Part shown: one piece after another, positions 55,201 through 62,970 of the stretch
Position numbering within the stretch: position 1 is the first letter of the stretch
Layout of the letters: the number at the start of each line of letters is the position of its first letter
Assembly: GCA_964016885.1 (NCBI GenBank)
Contig: OZ024741.1
Coordinates: forward strand, 357,306,001 to 357,370,000
Direction of reading: 5' to 3'
Length of the DNA: 64,000 nt
Source of the DNA: Eledone cirrhosa
Lineage: Eukaryota
The notes under the pieces: generated by a model
The model's database searches: none
Seen by the model: the letters and a program-made list of their open reading frames with translations, nothing else
Told to the model about the DNA's origin: nothing
Made by a program: the position numbers and the translations under genes

Positions 55201-58200
55201 GAGATAAATTAATGGTTTTGAGGACAATTTAATTAACTCTTAATGCCCTGTACTACATGAAACCACTTTAACAAGATATTCTTAAATAGTACACAATAGT
55301 GTTATGATTGCATCACATTAAAAAATAAAGTCTTTAATACTGCAAATTTCCAGGAAGATCTGCCCACAAGTAAAGATATTTAAACATTTGAATAAACAAA
55401 CTCATTTTAGATACTACTAAATCCCAACAGGATGTTAAGAGTTAAGTAAAAAACACAATTACACAATAAAATGCTTGTTTTATGGGTTTGTGTAATAAAC
55501 ATGCACTGAATGAAGGACTCCTATATCGTATATAGAGTTGATATATTTGTTAATAGTAAAATATTTAATTAGAAGTTTCACCAAAGTAAACATTTACTAT
55601 TAATGATAAATATAATTACACAATTACTAAAATAGTAATATTTGTAAAAAAAAAAAAATATATATATATAAAGATAATATAATCACCTTCAAAAAATATT
55701 GAATGGCTCTATGAGTATCATTGCGCTTGTGAGCCATAGCAGCTAAGTTTTTGTAGGTGGAATAAAGCATCTGAAGGCCTGGGTGAACAGGATTATCACT
55801 CTCTTCATCTACTATCCTGTTTGCCTGAAATATAACATCATCATCATTAATAACAATATCATTAGTACAATCATCATCATCATCAGTTTTTCCATGTTGT
55901 AGTAGACCAGAGAAAACTTTCTGGGGCAAAATTATATGGTTGAATACCCTTCCTGATGCAAGTCCTTAATTTTTTTAGGTAAGGTACGGATTTTAGCATG
56001 CCAAACCGCTCAACAAGAGGCTCTGTTTAAGCAGGCCATAAACAAACAACACTACATGCAATGTTGAGTGTCAAAAGAGAAAAATACAGACAATAAATAA
56101 CTCATCATTTAAGATATTTAACTCTTTTGGTTGTGGTTAGAGCATTGGGCTTGCAATCGAAAGGTTGTGAGTTCAATTCTCAGACCGGGTGATGTGTTGT
56201 TTCCTTGAGCAAGACACTTTATTTTACATTGCTCCAGTTTACTCAGCTGTAGAAATGAGATGACAGGACTGGGGTCCCTATCATTCCACTGCAAAGTGGT
56301 CGTGGAGGTGCCATGGAAAAAAAGCACCCAGCACTCACTGTAAATGAGGTTGGTGTTAGGAAGGGCATCCAGCTGTAGAAATCAAGCCAGAATCAGTTCT
56401 CGTCCCACCCTTGCAAGCAGGGAAAAGCGGACATAAAAATAATGATGATGATGATGATGATGATGATGATGGTATGAAAAAACCCACCCGTTTTTAAGGG
56501 TTCCTATTTAAATTAAAATCGTTCAAAATAATTTTATATAAAGTGTATTTCATTATAAATAAGGTCACAAAGGGGTTAAATAGATTGTTGTATCCATACC
56601 TCTAGTAGAAAGTCTTGTTCTAAGAGGTCCTCAAAAGTTTCTTCCGCTTTATCAAGATCACCTTCAATCTGAAGGTTAAGAGCTTGGTTGTACACAGTAT
56701 AAGCTTCAGATTCCTACAAACAATTAAAACAATGAATAAAACTTACAGGGAAAATGGATTTTGGAAAACATATATATAAACAAAATCATTGCTGAACAAA
56801 TGTTGAGATACAAATTAGAATATACATCTTCAATATTTTTATATATCCTTTCTTTGTAGTGGTGAAAATGTGCAGCCTAATGATAGGTTTGTGGGTTTGA
56901 TATTTGAACCTGGCTGTATGTTGAGTCCCTAAGCAAGACACAACTTCATTTCCTATTGCTTCAATCCACTCAGTTGAAAAGTAATGAATACCAGCAGCAG
57001 CTGGGCATTACAAGAAATCTCATATGTTATAAAATAAATAGGATGAGTTGGGGAGGGGGTCTCAATATGTAAACTAAACCACTAATTCTGGTTTTTAAAA
57101 AAAAATCAAGGGAGACAACTGAGAAAAATTATCGCCCCCCCCCCCCCCATTATTTGGGACCTGAGAGTACATCATTACAGAAAAAATTATTATTATTTAA
57201 TGTCCTTTAAGGCAGACTATTTTATGCTTGGGTACAAACAACAATGCTGCATGGATTTGAGACTTGGGCACTGTGCAGAGGAAGACTGGAAAGAAATTAA
57301 GCTTGCATGCTCTGAGGGATGTGTAATAGTATACATGAATGGTGTAGCATCAATGAACTGAGAGAGAAACTGGGCATAAGAGGGATCAGATGCAGTGTGA
57401 AAGAGATTGCAGTGGTATGAACATGTGATGCGTATAGAGTATGACAACAATATCAAAAACTGTAGGGCACTTGAAGTTGAAGGAAAACTTGGGATGAAAT
57501 GATAAAAGCTGACCTTGCACAATTAGAGCTTTCAATGGTGATGACAAAGGATATGGACCTATGGCAATATGTTGTACTGCAAAAGACCCGCCTTCCCATG
57601 TGCTCAGGATGAAGCAAACATCTAGAAGACACTAATTGGCACCAATCTTCCTCTTCTCCTGCCCATACAACTTCCCACATCTTAATACTCATCCATCCCC
57701 AGCCTGCATACTCGTCTCCCCCGTCCACACCTCCTATCCAACCCACATATACAAGCATGGAAAACTGGACAGGCTCCACACCTGCTCTCTCACCAAGACA
57801 AAAAGCAGGCCACCCTGTAATGTGGTTGTGCTGACGACAACCACGACAAAAAAGTGATTGTGCTGATGACAACAAAAAGCACCCAGTTTACCCTATAAGG
57901 CCGTTGTGTTGGTGACACAACAGAAAACACCCAGTCCACCCTGTAGATGGTTATGCTGGTGCCACATTGATAAAAGTACCTAGTCCACCTTGTCAGATGG
58001 TCGTTTTGGTGCCACAAAAAAACTCCACCAAATCCTCCATGTAATGTAGAGGAAGGGCATCCAACCATAGAAACCAAGTCAGAAACAGTTCCATATGAGC
58101 AAGACATGCTCACCTGACATGATTTGTGACAAACCAGCTAACCCATGTAAACATTGAAAATAGATGTTAAATGATGATAATGATGATGATTTACCACAAA

Positions 58201-61200
58201 GGATTATATCCAGTGCTTTAATTAAATTCTGCTGATTCACTGTCTCTAGACTGCTACTTTATCAACTCCAAAAGGATGAAAGGTAAACTGACCTCAGCAG
58301 GATTTGAACTAGGAGTGCAGAGAGATATTACCAAGGCAGTTAACCCGTTAGATACCAAACTGCCTGAAACCACTCCTGTTTCTATGATACAAAGCCATTT
58401 ATTTTTAAGTGTTTATATTTATTTAAAAGCTTTTCATCATAATTTTATAATTTTATGTAAAAATCTTTAAACACGATCTTAATAAAGTGAAAGTTAGTTA
58501 TATTACAATTCCTGATTATTTTCAAAATAATCTGACAACTATAGGCAGTGTCTTTCATTAAAAATGTGGTAATAAAAAGCTTACATCATTTACTTGATTA
58601 AAACAGTTATAAAATAATGTCAAAAAAAGAAAATAGAAAAAACAAAAAGGGTAGATCATTGTACTCCAACAGTAATATCAGTATCTTCTCTCTTTCACAT
58701 ATGCATACTATAAATTTATATTTGTGAAGGCGTCTTTGAAAATACAGATCAGAGTTGATAAGATGGTTAACAATTAAGTGAAATTGGACCTGTTGCTTTT
58801 GAATATCATTTTGGATAACAACACACTTTAAGGTAATTTTCCTTGCTAAAGTTCCATGACAAGTTCCTCCATTTCCCCCTATCTTTTGCATCTCCTTGGC
58901 TTTCATTTCCTCTTTCATCACCTTTAGTTATGTCTTTCCATTCCTCTACTACTTGTACAAGAATGGGTTGGCACCAGGAAGGGCATCCAGTCATACATTT
59001 CCACTAGAAGGGACTGTATTGTGAATATGTTTGGACAGCATCTTTCCAATTCTTCTATTTGCATGGGTCTAAACACATTTTTACATATAAAGCATTGTTA
59101 ACGAATAATAATTATATTATAATGTAGTCATTTCTTTAGTACCTTTAATAACTCAGCTGCTATCTCAATCCACTTGCATTCAACCTTTCTCATAGTGCAA
59201 TAAGTAAAGTTAAAATATCTTACCTGAGCCTCCTTTGTAATTGCAAGTTTGTCATCATAAGAGTCATCCGAGTCACCACTTTCATGGTCATTCAATGCAG
59301 ATATTCGGATCTAAAAAAGGAGAATCAGAGAAGAAAGAGAAAATAAATTATAATTATTCTATCTTTTGACTTGGCACACAATTAATTTGGGGAGAAAAAT
59401 AACCATATTTTACATTCACTTTTCCATGCTTACAAATGTTGGAAGAATCCTCTCTAGTACATCATGTTCCTTTGTCATCTCATCTGTGAGGTTCAGTGCT
59501 TTGAAATTAACTCTCACCACTTCTACCCAGGTTACAGGTTATCTTCAGTCTACCTCTTTTGCAACTTTTTACCACTTGGAACTCATGGTACTTCTTCACC
59601 CAACGATGGTTATAGTAAAATGGATCAACACTATATAACTGGCACATATTTTACTATCTGGCTTGGAGGAACAAAAAGTTAAAAACAACTCTGAGATTTC
59701 AGCTAAGACCATAGAGGAACAAAGAAGAATGCTGTAAAGCATTTATGTTTTGTTTGCTACTATTTCTGTCAACCCACTTATACTTAATAGTTAATCTGCG
59801 ACATGGTCTCCACCTCTAACCTTGTTATTTTACCTAATGCACAGCCGTCTGTAAGGCAGAAGAAAGGAAGATAGCCAAATATCAAAACTTGACCAACCAT
59901 TTCTTTGTCATGCTGGACATTTGCCGAGACCTCTGGTGTCCTTGGTCTTTGAGCAGTTGTTTTCGTCAGCAAAATTGTGAGGAGTGTATCCCACCTGGGG
60001 AAGGATCCCCCGTGGGGTGGAGTAGCTGGTGCACCAGGTGTCACTGGCTGTTCTCTGTGACAATTCCTTTGAGATTTTGTCTGTGGGTTGTGGTTGAGAT
60101 ATACCACCTAAACCGGAGTGTAAAGTTTGCTGCTCTCTCCTCACTCACCATTACTTTCATAATTTTTTTAATTATTATTAAGGCTAAGATTATTTTCAAA
60201 TATAAAACATTAAAATGACAAGAAACTTATAAATACAAGTCCATTTGCATGGTTAATAACCATGGGAAAGGCATTAACATTATAAAATCGATTATTCTTT
60301 ATGAATCAAAATTCTTGCACTTCTGTAAGAAATTATTACTACATAAGACCACCATTTCTCTTACATCACTAATATTCTAATGGAAAAAAGCATGAACACA
60401 ATAAATCTGAGGTACCAGTATTGTATGTATGGACCCATAGCTCCTGATAGATTCATAGGGGCACTGTTATAACAGTGTATCATGTGCATTTAAAACCTGG
60501 CCAAGTTCATCTCCTTTCTAGGTCTGAAAGTGAGAAAGAGCTATAGAGAAAGAATCAATCCCAGTACTGGAATGGTGCCTTTTTATTGACCTTGAAAGGA
60601 GGCAAAATTGATCTCAGTGGAATTTGAATACTGCAAAACGTTCTGTCCACGTCCAAACAATTTGCTGCCTTGAATCAGTATTATTGTGGCTTTTATTTTT
60701 TAAATCAAAACTTCAAATATAAATTCCAAGTAGTTGTAATTTTCCTTTGCTAATATTACAAATATTCTTGAGAAAGATACGAGACACTGGAATTGGATAA
60801 AAAGTCATATATCATGTGACATTCTGGCAAGAAAAACAATTAACAATCTTTTGTTAATTTTGATAATAAGGATCTCATGCACTTTTTTTTTTTTTTATCT
60901 ATAAGTATGTTTGCATTTGTAATGAAATGCTCATCCTTGCAAACAAAATATATTCAATGTATATATAAAAATAATTTCATTTTAAAAGTACGTGTATTAC
61001 TTTAAAAAACTAGTTAATTTAGAAGAACCCCACGCTAAAATGCAATTAATTCAAGAAAGACAAGTTTTTAAAAATTATTTATTATCGTCAGTTTCATTTT
61101 GAAAAAACGCACGGCTTTGCCTTTCATCCTTCCGTGGTCGGTAAAATAAAGTACCAGTAACGTACTAAAGTCGATTTAATCGAGTTTCCTCTCCCCAAAG

Positions 61201-62125
61201 GCATGAAGCCTCAGGTTTTTAGACATTAGTAACCAAATGTGAAGCTATGCTACCTGAAGATCGAAACTGAATTGACCGGGTTTTCCTTGTGATGATAAGC
61301 GAGTGTATTCAATATAATCGACTCATTATCTTGTAGTTATTTTATTGATTCAGAGATAGAATATGATGTCAACTTTAGTGGCATTTAAAAGTGACGGGTC
61401 ACCCTATATAGTTACTATAAAACAAACATCAGATTCCGCACTTTGCTGTTGCTGCAATCTCTCATGTTACAGAGGAGAAATTGTTTCTAATTTAGACACA
61501 AGGCCAACAATTTTGGGGGCGGGCAAAGTCGATTATATCGACCCAGTACTTGACTGGTACATTATTTTGTCGACCCCAGATACGAGAATATCATCATCTT
61601 TGATTAATGAGGACATCTGAATGTGAACACAGGTTCAGTGCGCGCGCGGATGCTGACTGAAACATTTAAATATAATTTCCTTTCTTTCGAATAAAAAAAA
61701 ATGAAATATTACTTCATATATACACTGCGAGGTGTTATTACAATTTGGTTTGAAAATAGAAAATCTTTACATTCTTAGTATCAATAAACTATCTTATAGA
61801 ATAATCAACTGTATTTTTGTCAAAAATGCATTCGATTATTTAATGGCAATGCAATAAAAATTAAAGCGATTTTACGCAAGAACAAAGAATAAATGAATTC
61901 TATCTTGCAATGCTATTGTTTATTATATAATCAATACATTATTAGTTTCATGCTTACAAATTCACAAATATAACAGGTTTAAATTTTAATTTAAAGCCCA
62001 TATATAACTGAACCTTAAAAAAAAACAAGAAAAAATCAAAACAAACACTGCAATTATGTTAATAGTTAGCCATAATAACAGTAAAGAGTCTCGCTTAAAT
62101 TTGGGAGAGCGTGAAGGTAATGGTA

Positions 62126-62159
<34 letters not shown>

Positions 62160-62790
62160 AATGAAAAATATAGAAATTGTTGTAGCGAGAAGCTACTCTC
62201 TCTCTATATATAGATAGAGGGGGGAGGGGCGAGAGATAGAGGAGGAGGGGACGAGTGAGAGAGCTGGATGAATGAGACGTTATAGTTAAACCAGTAAGAC
62301 TATTATTTAACTTATAGTATAGAAAGTAGAGTAAGGATATTATTGTACGGCTTAGCGCTTATACCATTTCGAAAGCAAATAAGAAATTAATCAGTTAATT
62401 AATTTATATCTATCTAAATATATGTATAATGAACACCTGCTTGCCTCAAAATATTTTAAAAGGAAACAAGCATTCCCTGTTGTAGCGTATGAGTGTGTAT
62501 GTCTTCTCGCGTTTTTTCTCTTCTTTCTCGGTGCTTTTTTTTTTTACTTATTTGTTTCTTTTGGAAATCATAAACATTAATTAATTTGATATATATGTAT
62601 ATAATGTGTGTATGATTAATGAAATAAAAATAGAAGTGTTGTCAGGCACGTGAAATATGTCAATACAATAAAAATAGAGCTGTGTTATAATAACCACATA
62701 TACAAAGATGGATTAATTGTCAGAAAACTCTTCCTTATTGTTTGGTGAGAGCTGTATCAATGTACATTTCATAATAATAATACTTACCAT
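1524..62790 (-). CDS. CABIN1: Calcineurin-binding protein cabin-1 (HIRA complex subunit), 42 coding exons, about 2008 aa; gene span
   Basis: Manually spliced exons give one continuous frame with CABIN1 hallmarks: [143 protein letters not shown]. All introns GT-AG. Confidence 0.95.
2015..2340 (-). mobile_element. Two tandem copies of an abundant tRNA-derived SINE (others near 8083, 10760, 20380, 40537, 41350, 46310, 48435, 58250, 60555, 61110, 61480)
   Basis: Recurring ggcacaaggcca..gactggtact..ggatgaaaggcaaagt..ggatttgaactcag. Confidence 0.8.
2660..4015 (-). mobile_element. RTE LINE 3' fragment, older copy
   Basis: [36 protein letters not shown] motifs on the minus strand. Confidence 0.88.
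4054..4384 (-). mobile_element. Full-length tRNA-derived SINE with RTE 3' tail
   Basis: A box TGGCTTAGTGG, B box GAGTTCAATTC; tail matches the RTE end at 52160-52210; near-identical copies elsewhere. Confidence 0.9.
4412..4705. repeat. Near-perfect long palindrome with internal ~59-bp tandem duplication
   Basis: Arms are reverse complements around a central (AT)n. Confidence 0.92.
4903..5010 (-). CDS. CABIN1: CABIN1 exon 41 ..[12 protein letters not shown]..
   Basis: AG/GT, 108 nt. Confidence 0.9.
5068..5280. mobile_element. TTAA-flanked MITE (piggyBac-type ends)
   Basis: TTAACCCATTAGCAT..ATGCTAAAGGGTTAA; inverted partial copy at 36175-36325. Confidence 0.8.
6260..6494 (-). CDS. CABIN1: CABIN1 exon 40 [20 protein letters not shown]
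   Basis: AG / gtgggt donor, 235 nt. Confidence 0.88.
7096..7259 (-). CDS. CABIN1: CABIN1 exon 39 [29 protein letters not shown]
   Basis: AG / gtcaga donor, 164 nt. Confidence 0.93.
8530..8640 (-). CDS. CABIN1: CABIN1 exon 38 [21 protein letters not shown]
   Basis: AG/GT, 111 nt. Confidence 0.94.
8830..9200 (+). mobile_element. Second, older Penelope GIY-YIG C-terminal remnant
   Basis: [25 protein letters not shown] parallels [25 protein letters not shown] at 29565-29697. Confidence 0.6.
9666..10677 (-). CDS. CABIN1: CABIN1 exon 37, large Ser-rich disordered region ending [21 protein letters not shown]
   Basis: AG/GT, 1012 nt open frame. Confidence 0.92.
11389..11540 (-). CDS. CABIN1: CABIN1 exon 36 [16 protein letters not shown]..
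   Basis: AG/GT, 152 nt. Confidence 0.93.
11967..12059 (-). CDS. CABIN1: CABIN1 exon 35 AAYHLHE..YPKKINY..LAVESLE
   Basis: AG/GT, 93 nt. Confidence 0.95.
12340..12552 (-). CDS. CABIN1: CABIN1 exon 34 ..[19 protein letters not shown]
   Basis: AG/GT, 213 nt. Confidence 0.95.
12951..13112 (-). CDS. CABIN1: CABIN1 exon 33 ..[31 protein letters not shown]
   Basis: AG/GT, 162 nt. Confidence 0.95.
13744..14487 (+). pseudogene. Gypsy gag
   Basis: [13 protein letters not shown] and [14 protein letters not shown] knuckles; in-frame stop at 13741 upstream. Confidence 0.85.
16268..17227 (+). pseudogene. Gypsy integrase, open for 319 codons
   Basis: H..H..CVRC zinc finger; [17 protein letters not shown] catalytic motifs. 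Confidence 0.88.
18252..18363 (-). CDS. CABIN1: CABIN1 exon 32 [25 protein letters not shown]
   Basis: AG/GT, 112 nt. Confidence 0.95.
19656..19718 (-). CDS. CABIN1: CABIN1 exon 31 [20 protein letters not shown]
   Basis: AG/GT, 63 nt. Confidence 0.95.
20755..20839 (-). CDS. CABIN1: CABIN1 exon 30 ..VLAYIEG..PVT
   Basis: AG/GT, 85 nt. Confidence 0.9.
21651..21705 (-). CDS. CABIN1: CABIN1 exon 29 [18 protein letters not shown]
   Basis: aag acceptor, GT donor, 55 nt. Confidence 0.88.
22728..22829 (-). CDS. CABIN1: CABIN1 exon 28 ..[21 protein letters not shown]
   Basis: AG/GT, 102 nt. Confidence 0.95.
23215..23820 (+). mobile_element. CR1/L2-group LINE 3' end with 3' UTR
   Basis: [47 protein letters not shown]; same UTR inverted at 33610-33745. 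Confidence 0.88.
23822..24206 (-). mobile_element. RTE LINE 3' end
   Basis: [23 protein letters not shown]; highly similar to 51830-52218. Confidence 0.9.
24251..24485 (-). mobile_element. Same SINE, 5'-truncated
   Basis: Aligns to 4062-4295. Confidence 0.88.
24562..24769 (-). CDS. CABIN1: CABIN1 exon 27 [20 protein letters not shown]
   Basis: AG/GT, 208 nt. Confidence 0.95.
26180..26296 (-). CDS. CABIN1: CABIN1 exon 26 [19 protein letters not shown]
   Basis: AG/GT, 117 nt. Confidence 0.94.
26750..27417 (-). mobile_element. RTE LINE 3' fragment
   Basis: [23 protein letters not shown]. Confidence 0.82.
27598..27771 (-). CDS. CABIN1: CABIN1 exon 25 ..[19 protein letters not shown]
   Basis: AG/GT, 174 nt. 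Confidence 0.92.
27932..28227 (-). mobile_element. Same SINE body with a variant tail, 5'-truncated
   Basis: 28030-28227 aligns to 4099-4296. Confidence 0.85.
28228..29860 (+). mobile_element. Penelope-like element (RT + GIY-YIG), decayed
   Basis: [59 protein letters not shown]. Confidence 0.87.
30057..30181 (-). CDS. CABIN1: CABIN1 exon 24 [20 protein letters not shown]
   Basis: AG / weak gttcgt donor chosen by phase, 125 nt. Confidence 0.85.
30806..30892 (-). CDS. CABIN1: CABIN1 exon 23 ..[15 protein letters not shown]..
   Basis: AG/GT, 87 nt. Confidence 0.92.
31274..31443 (-). CDS. CABIN1: CABIN1 exon 22 ..[14 protein letters not shown]..
   Basis: AG/GT, 170 nt. Confidence 0.92.
31983..32073 (-). 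CDS. CABIN1: CABIN1 exon 21 [18 protein letters not shown]
   Basis: AG/GT, 91 nt. Confidence 0.91.
33610..33745 (-). mobile_element. CR1/L2 3' UTR fragment
   Basis: Reverse complement of 23695-23820. Confidence 0.8.
34180..34250 (-). CDS. CABIN1: CABIN1 exon 20 [23 protein letters not shown]
   Basis: AG/GT, 71 nt. Confidence 0.93.
34960..35145 (-). mobile_element. Decayed L2/CR1-type 3' fragment
   Basis: Minus strand reads ..[28 protein letters not shown]. Confidence 0.5.
35198..35337 (-). CDS. CABIN1: CABIN1 exon 19 ..[18 protein letters not shown]
   Basis: AG/GT, 140 nt. Confidence 0.9.
36007..36092 (-). CDS. CABIN1: CABIN1 exon 18 [14 protein letters not shown]..
   Basis: AG/GT, 86 nt. 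Confidence 0.92.
37200..37239 (-). CDS. CABIN1: CABIN1 exon 17 [13 protein letters not shown]
   Basis: AG/GT, 40 nt, phase-consistent. Confidence 0.85.
38296..38373 (-). CDS. CABIN1: CABIN1 exon 16 [17 protein letters not shown]
   Basis: AG/GT, 78 nt. Confidence 0.9.
38750..39196. repeat. Diverged inverted duplication, ~200-bp arms, ~55-nt spacer
   Basis: e.g. gagtacaggactggatgggaagccagtctgt versus acagactggcttcccatccagtcctgtactc. Confidence 0.9.
39745..39895 (-). CDS. CABIN1: CABIN1 exon 15 ..[22 protein letters not shown]
   Basis: AG/GT, 151 nt. Confidence 0.92.
41075..41142 (-). CDS. CABIN1: CABIN1 exon 14 [22 protein letters not shown]
   Basis: aag acceptor, gtaagt donor, 68 nt, phase-consistent. 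Confidence 0.82.
41655..41737 (-). CDS. CABIN1: CABIN1 exon 13 [27 protein letters not shown]
   Basis: AG/GT, 83 nt. Confidence 0.92.
41872..41987 (-). CDS. CABIN1: CABIN1 exon 12 TPEITTS..KRKR..KRRSAR (basic, NLS-like)
   Basis: AG / gttggt donor, 116 nt. Confidence 0.88.
43314..43566 (-). CDS. CABIN1: CABIN1 exon 11 [14 protein letters not shown]
   Basis: aag acceptor, gtaaga donor, 253 nt. Confidence 0.88.
44037..44263. mobile_element. Representative of an abundant ~230-bp TTAA MITE family (many copies, e.g. 890-1120, 9420-9610, 19850-20220, 24810-25230, 36860-37090, 41237-41606, 46077-46290, 54630-54806, 58340-58580)
   Basis: ttaacyctttt(g)ttacc..ggtatcaaaagggttaa ends; shared core gaaaataatcaagaatttggaggga. 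Confidence 0.75.
44380..44446 (-). CDS. CABIN1: CABIN1 exon 10 [17 protein letters not shown]
   Basis: AG/GT, 67 nt. Confidence 0.93.
44505..44775. repeat. Fold-back / MITE with ~110-bp arms
   Basis: agtaaagtaagacaa versus ttgtcttactttact; a single arm also at 9281-9410. Confidence 0.8.
45250..45620 (-). mobile_element. RTE LINE 3' fragment
   Basis: [25 protein letters not shown]. Confidence 0.75.
45897..45997 (-). CDS. CABIN1: CABIN1 exon 9 [18 protein letters not shown]
   Basis: AG/GT, 101 nt. Confidence 0.92.
46776..46856. other. 34-bp stem, 13-nt loop hairpin (pre-miRNA-like candidate)
   Basis: cttcaatcctttatttgaattcagttcatttctg pairs with cagaaatgaactgaatttaaatgaaggattgaag. Confidence 0.6.
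47204..47252 (-). CDS. CABIN1: CABIN1 exon 8 [16 protein letters not shown]
   Basis: AG/GT, 49 nt, restores phase between exons 7 and 9. Confidence 0.85.
47755..48270 (+). mobile_element. Probable solo LTR with 4-bp TSD GACC
   Basis: Starts TGTAG, ends TGTTAAA (CA decayed); GACC at 47751-47754 and 48271-48274; internal AATAAA; splits a repeat seen intact elsewhere in the window. Confidence 0.7.
49391..49520 (-). CDS. CABIN1: CABIN1 exon 7 [21 protein letters not shown]
   Basis: AG/GT, 130 nt. Confidence 0.93.
49585..52218 (+). mobile_element. RTE-clade LINE, 5'-truncated, decayed ORF2 (AP endonuclease + RT + Cys/His insert)
   Basis: [61 protein letters not shown]; (GAT)n tail. Confidence 0.93.
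52700..53430. repeat. GT/GGT-rich low-complexity tract
   Basis: Degenerate (TG)n/(TGTA)n and poly-G. Confidence 0.7.
53523..53601 (-). CDS. CABIN1: CABIN1 exon 6 [26 protein letters not shown]
   Basis: AG/GT, 79 nt. Confidence 0.93.
53998..54099 (-). CDS. CABIN1: CABIN1 exon 5 [20 protein letters not shown]
   Basis: AG/GT, 102 nt, TPR. Confidence 0.93.
55233..55445. mobile_element. Third TTAA MITE family (copy at about 11720-11942)
   Basis: TTAACTCTTAA..TTAAGAGTTAA termini; internal similarity between the copies. Confidence 0.65.
55687..55824 (-). CDS. CABIN1: CABIN1 exon 4 [24 protein letters not shown]
   Basis: AG/GT, 138 nt. Confidence 0.94.
56133..56470 (+). mobile_element. Same SINE, opposite orientation, nested in a TTAA MITE (56118-56579)
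   Basis: Reverse complement of 4054-4369; (GAT)n tail; MITE halves on both flanks. Confidence 0.9.
56600..56713 (-). CDS. CABIN1: CABIN1 exon 3 [20 protein letters not shown]
   Basis: AG/GT, 114 nt, TPR-like. Confidence 0.93.
57215..57600 (+). mobile_element. RTE LINE 3' fragment
   Basis: Similar to the reverse complement of 2680-3090. Confidence 0.72.
59224..59310 (-). CDS. CABIN1: CABIN1 exon 2 [29 protein letters not shown]
   Basis: tag acceptor, gtaaga donor, 87 nt. Confidence 0.93.
59780..60150 (+). mobile_element. CRE-like (restriction-like endonuclease) non-LTR retrotransposon C-terminal remnant
   Basis: [27 protein letters not shown] across frameshifts. Confidence 0.65.
62788..62790 (-). 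CDS. CABIN1: CABIN1 coding exon 1: ATG only
   Basis: Minus strand GAAAATG|GTAAGTA, consensus donor, phase 0 into IRISALN; close to a GC-rich promoter-like patch. Confidence 0.75.
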
Positions 62791-62904
62791 TTTCCTGTAG
62801 GATAGAGCCCTTTTTTACACAGTTGCAACATACCTAGGAGGAATGCATCTTGTTTTTGTGTAAATAAATTATAAAAAAATATTTGAAAAGGTTAAGTGTT
62901 TGCA

Positions 62905-62970
62905 ATTTATGGCTATCCAAAGAACCGCCATGCGCCCATTAGGGCGCCACCATAACGTTCTTTGGTATTA
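62905..62970 (-). promoter_or_regulatory. Probable CABIN1 core promoter / 5' end
   Basis: Isolated GC/CpG patch about 130-180 bp upstream of the ATG, with a YY1-type CCGCCAT and a GGCGCCAC motif. Confidence 0.55.

Noticed and set aside
58749-58809. C/D snoRNA-like ATGATA..CTGA on the minus strand
   Set aside because: Degenerate C box, no terminal stem or recognisable guide.
1524-62790. U12-type introns in CABIN1
   Set aside because: No donor matches RTATCCT.
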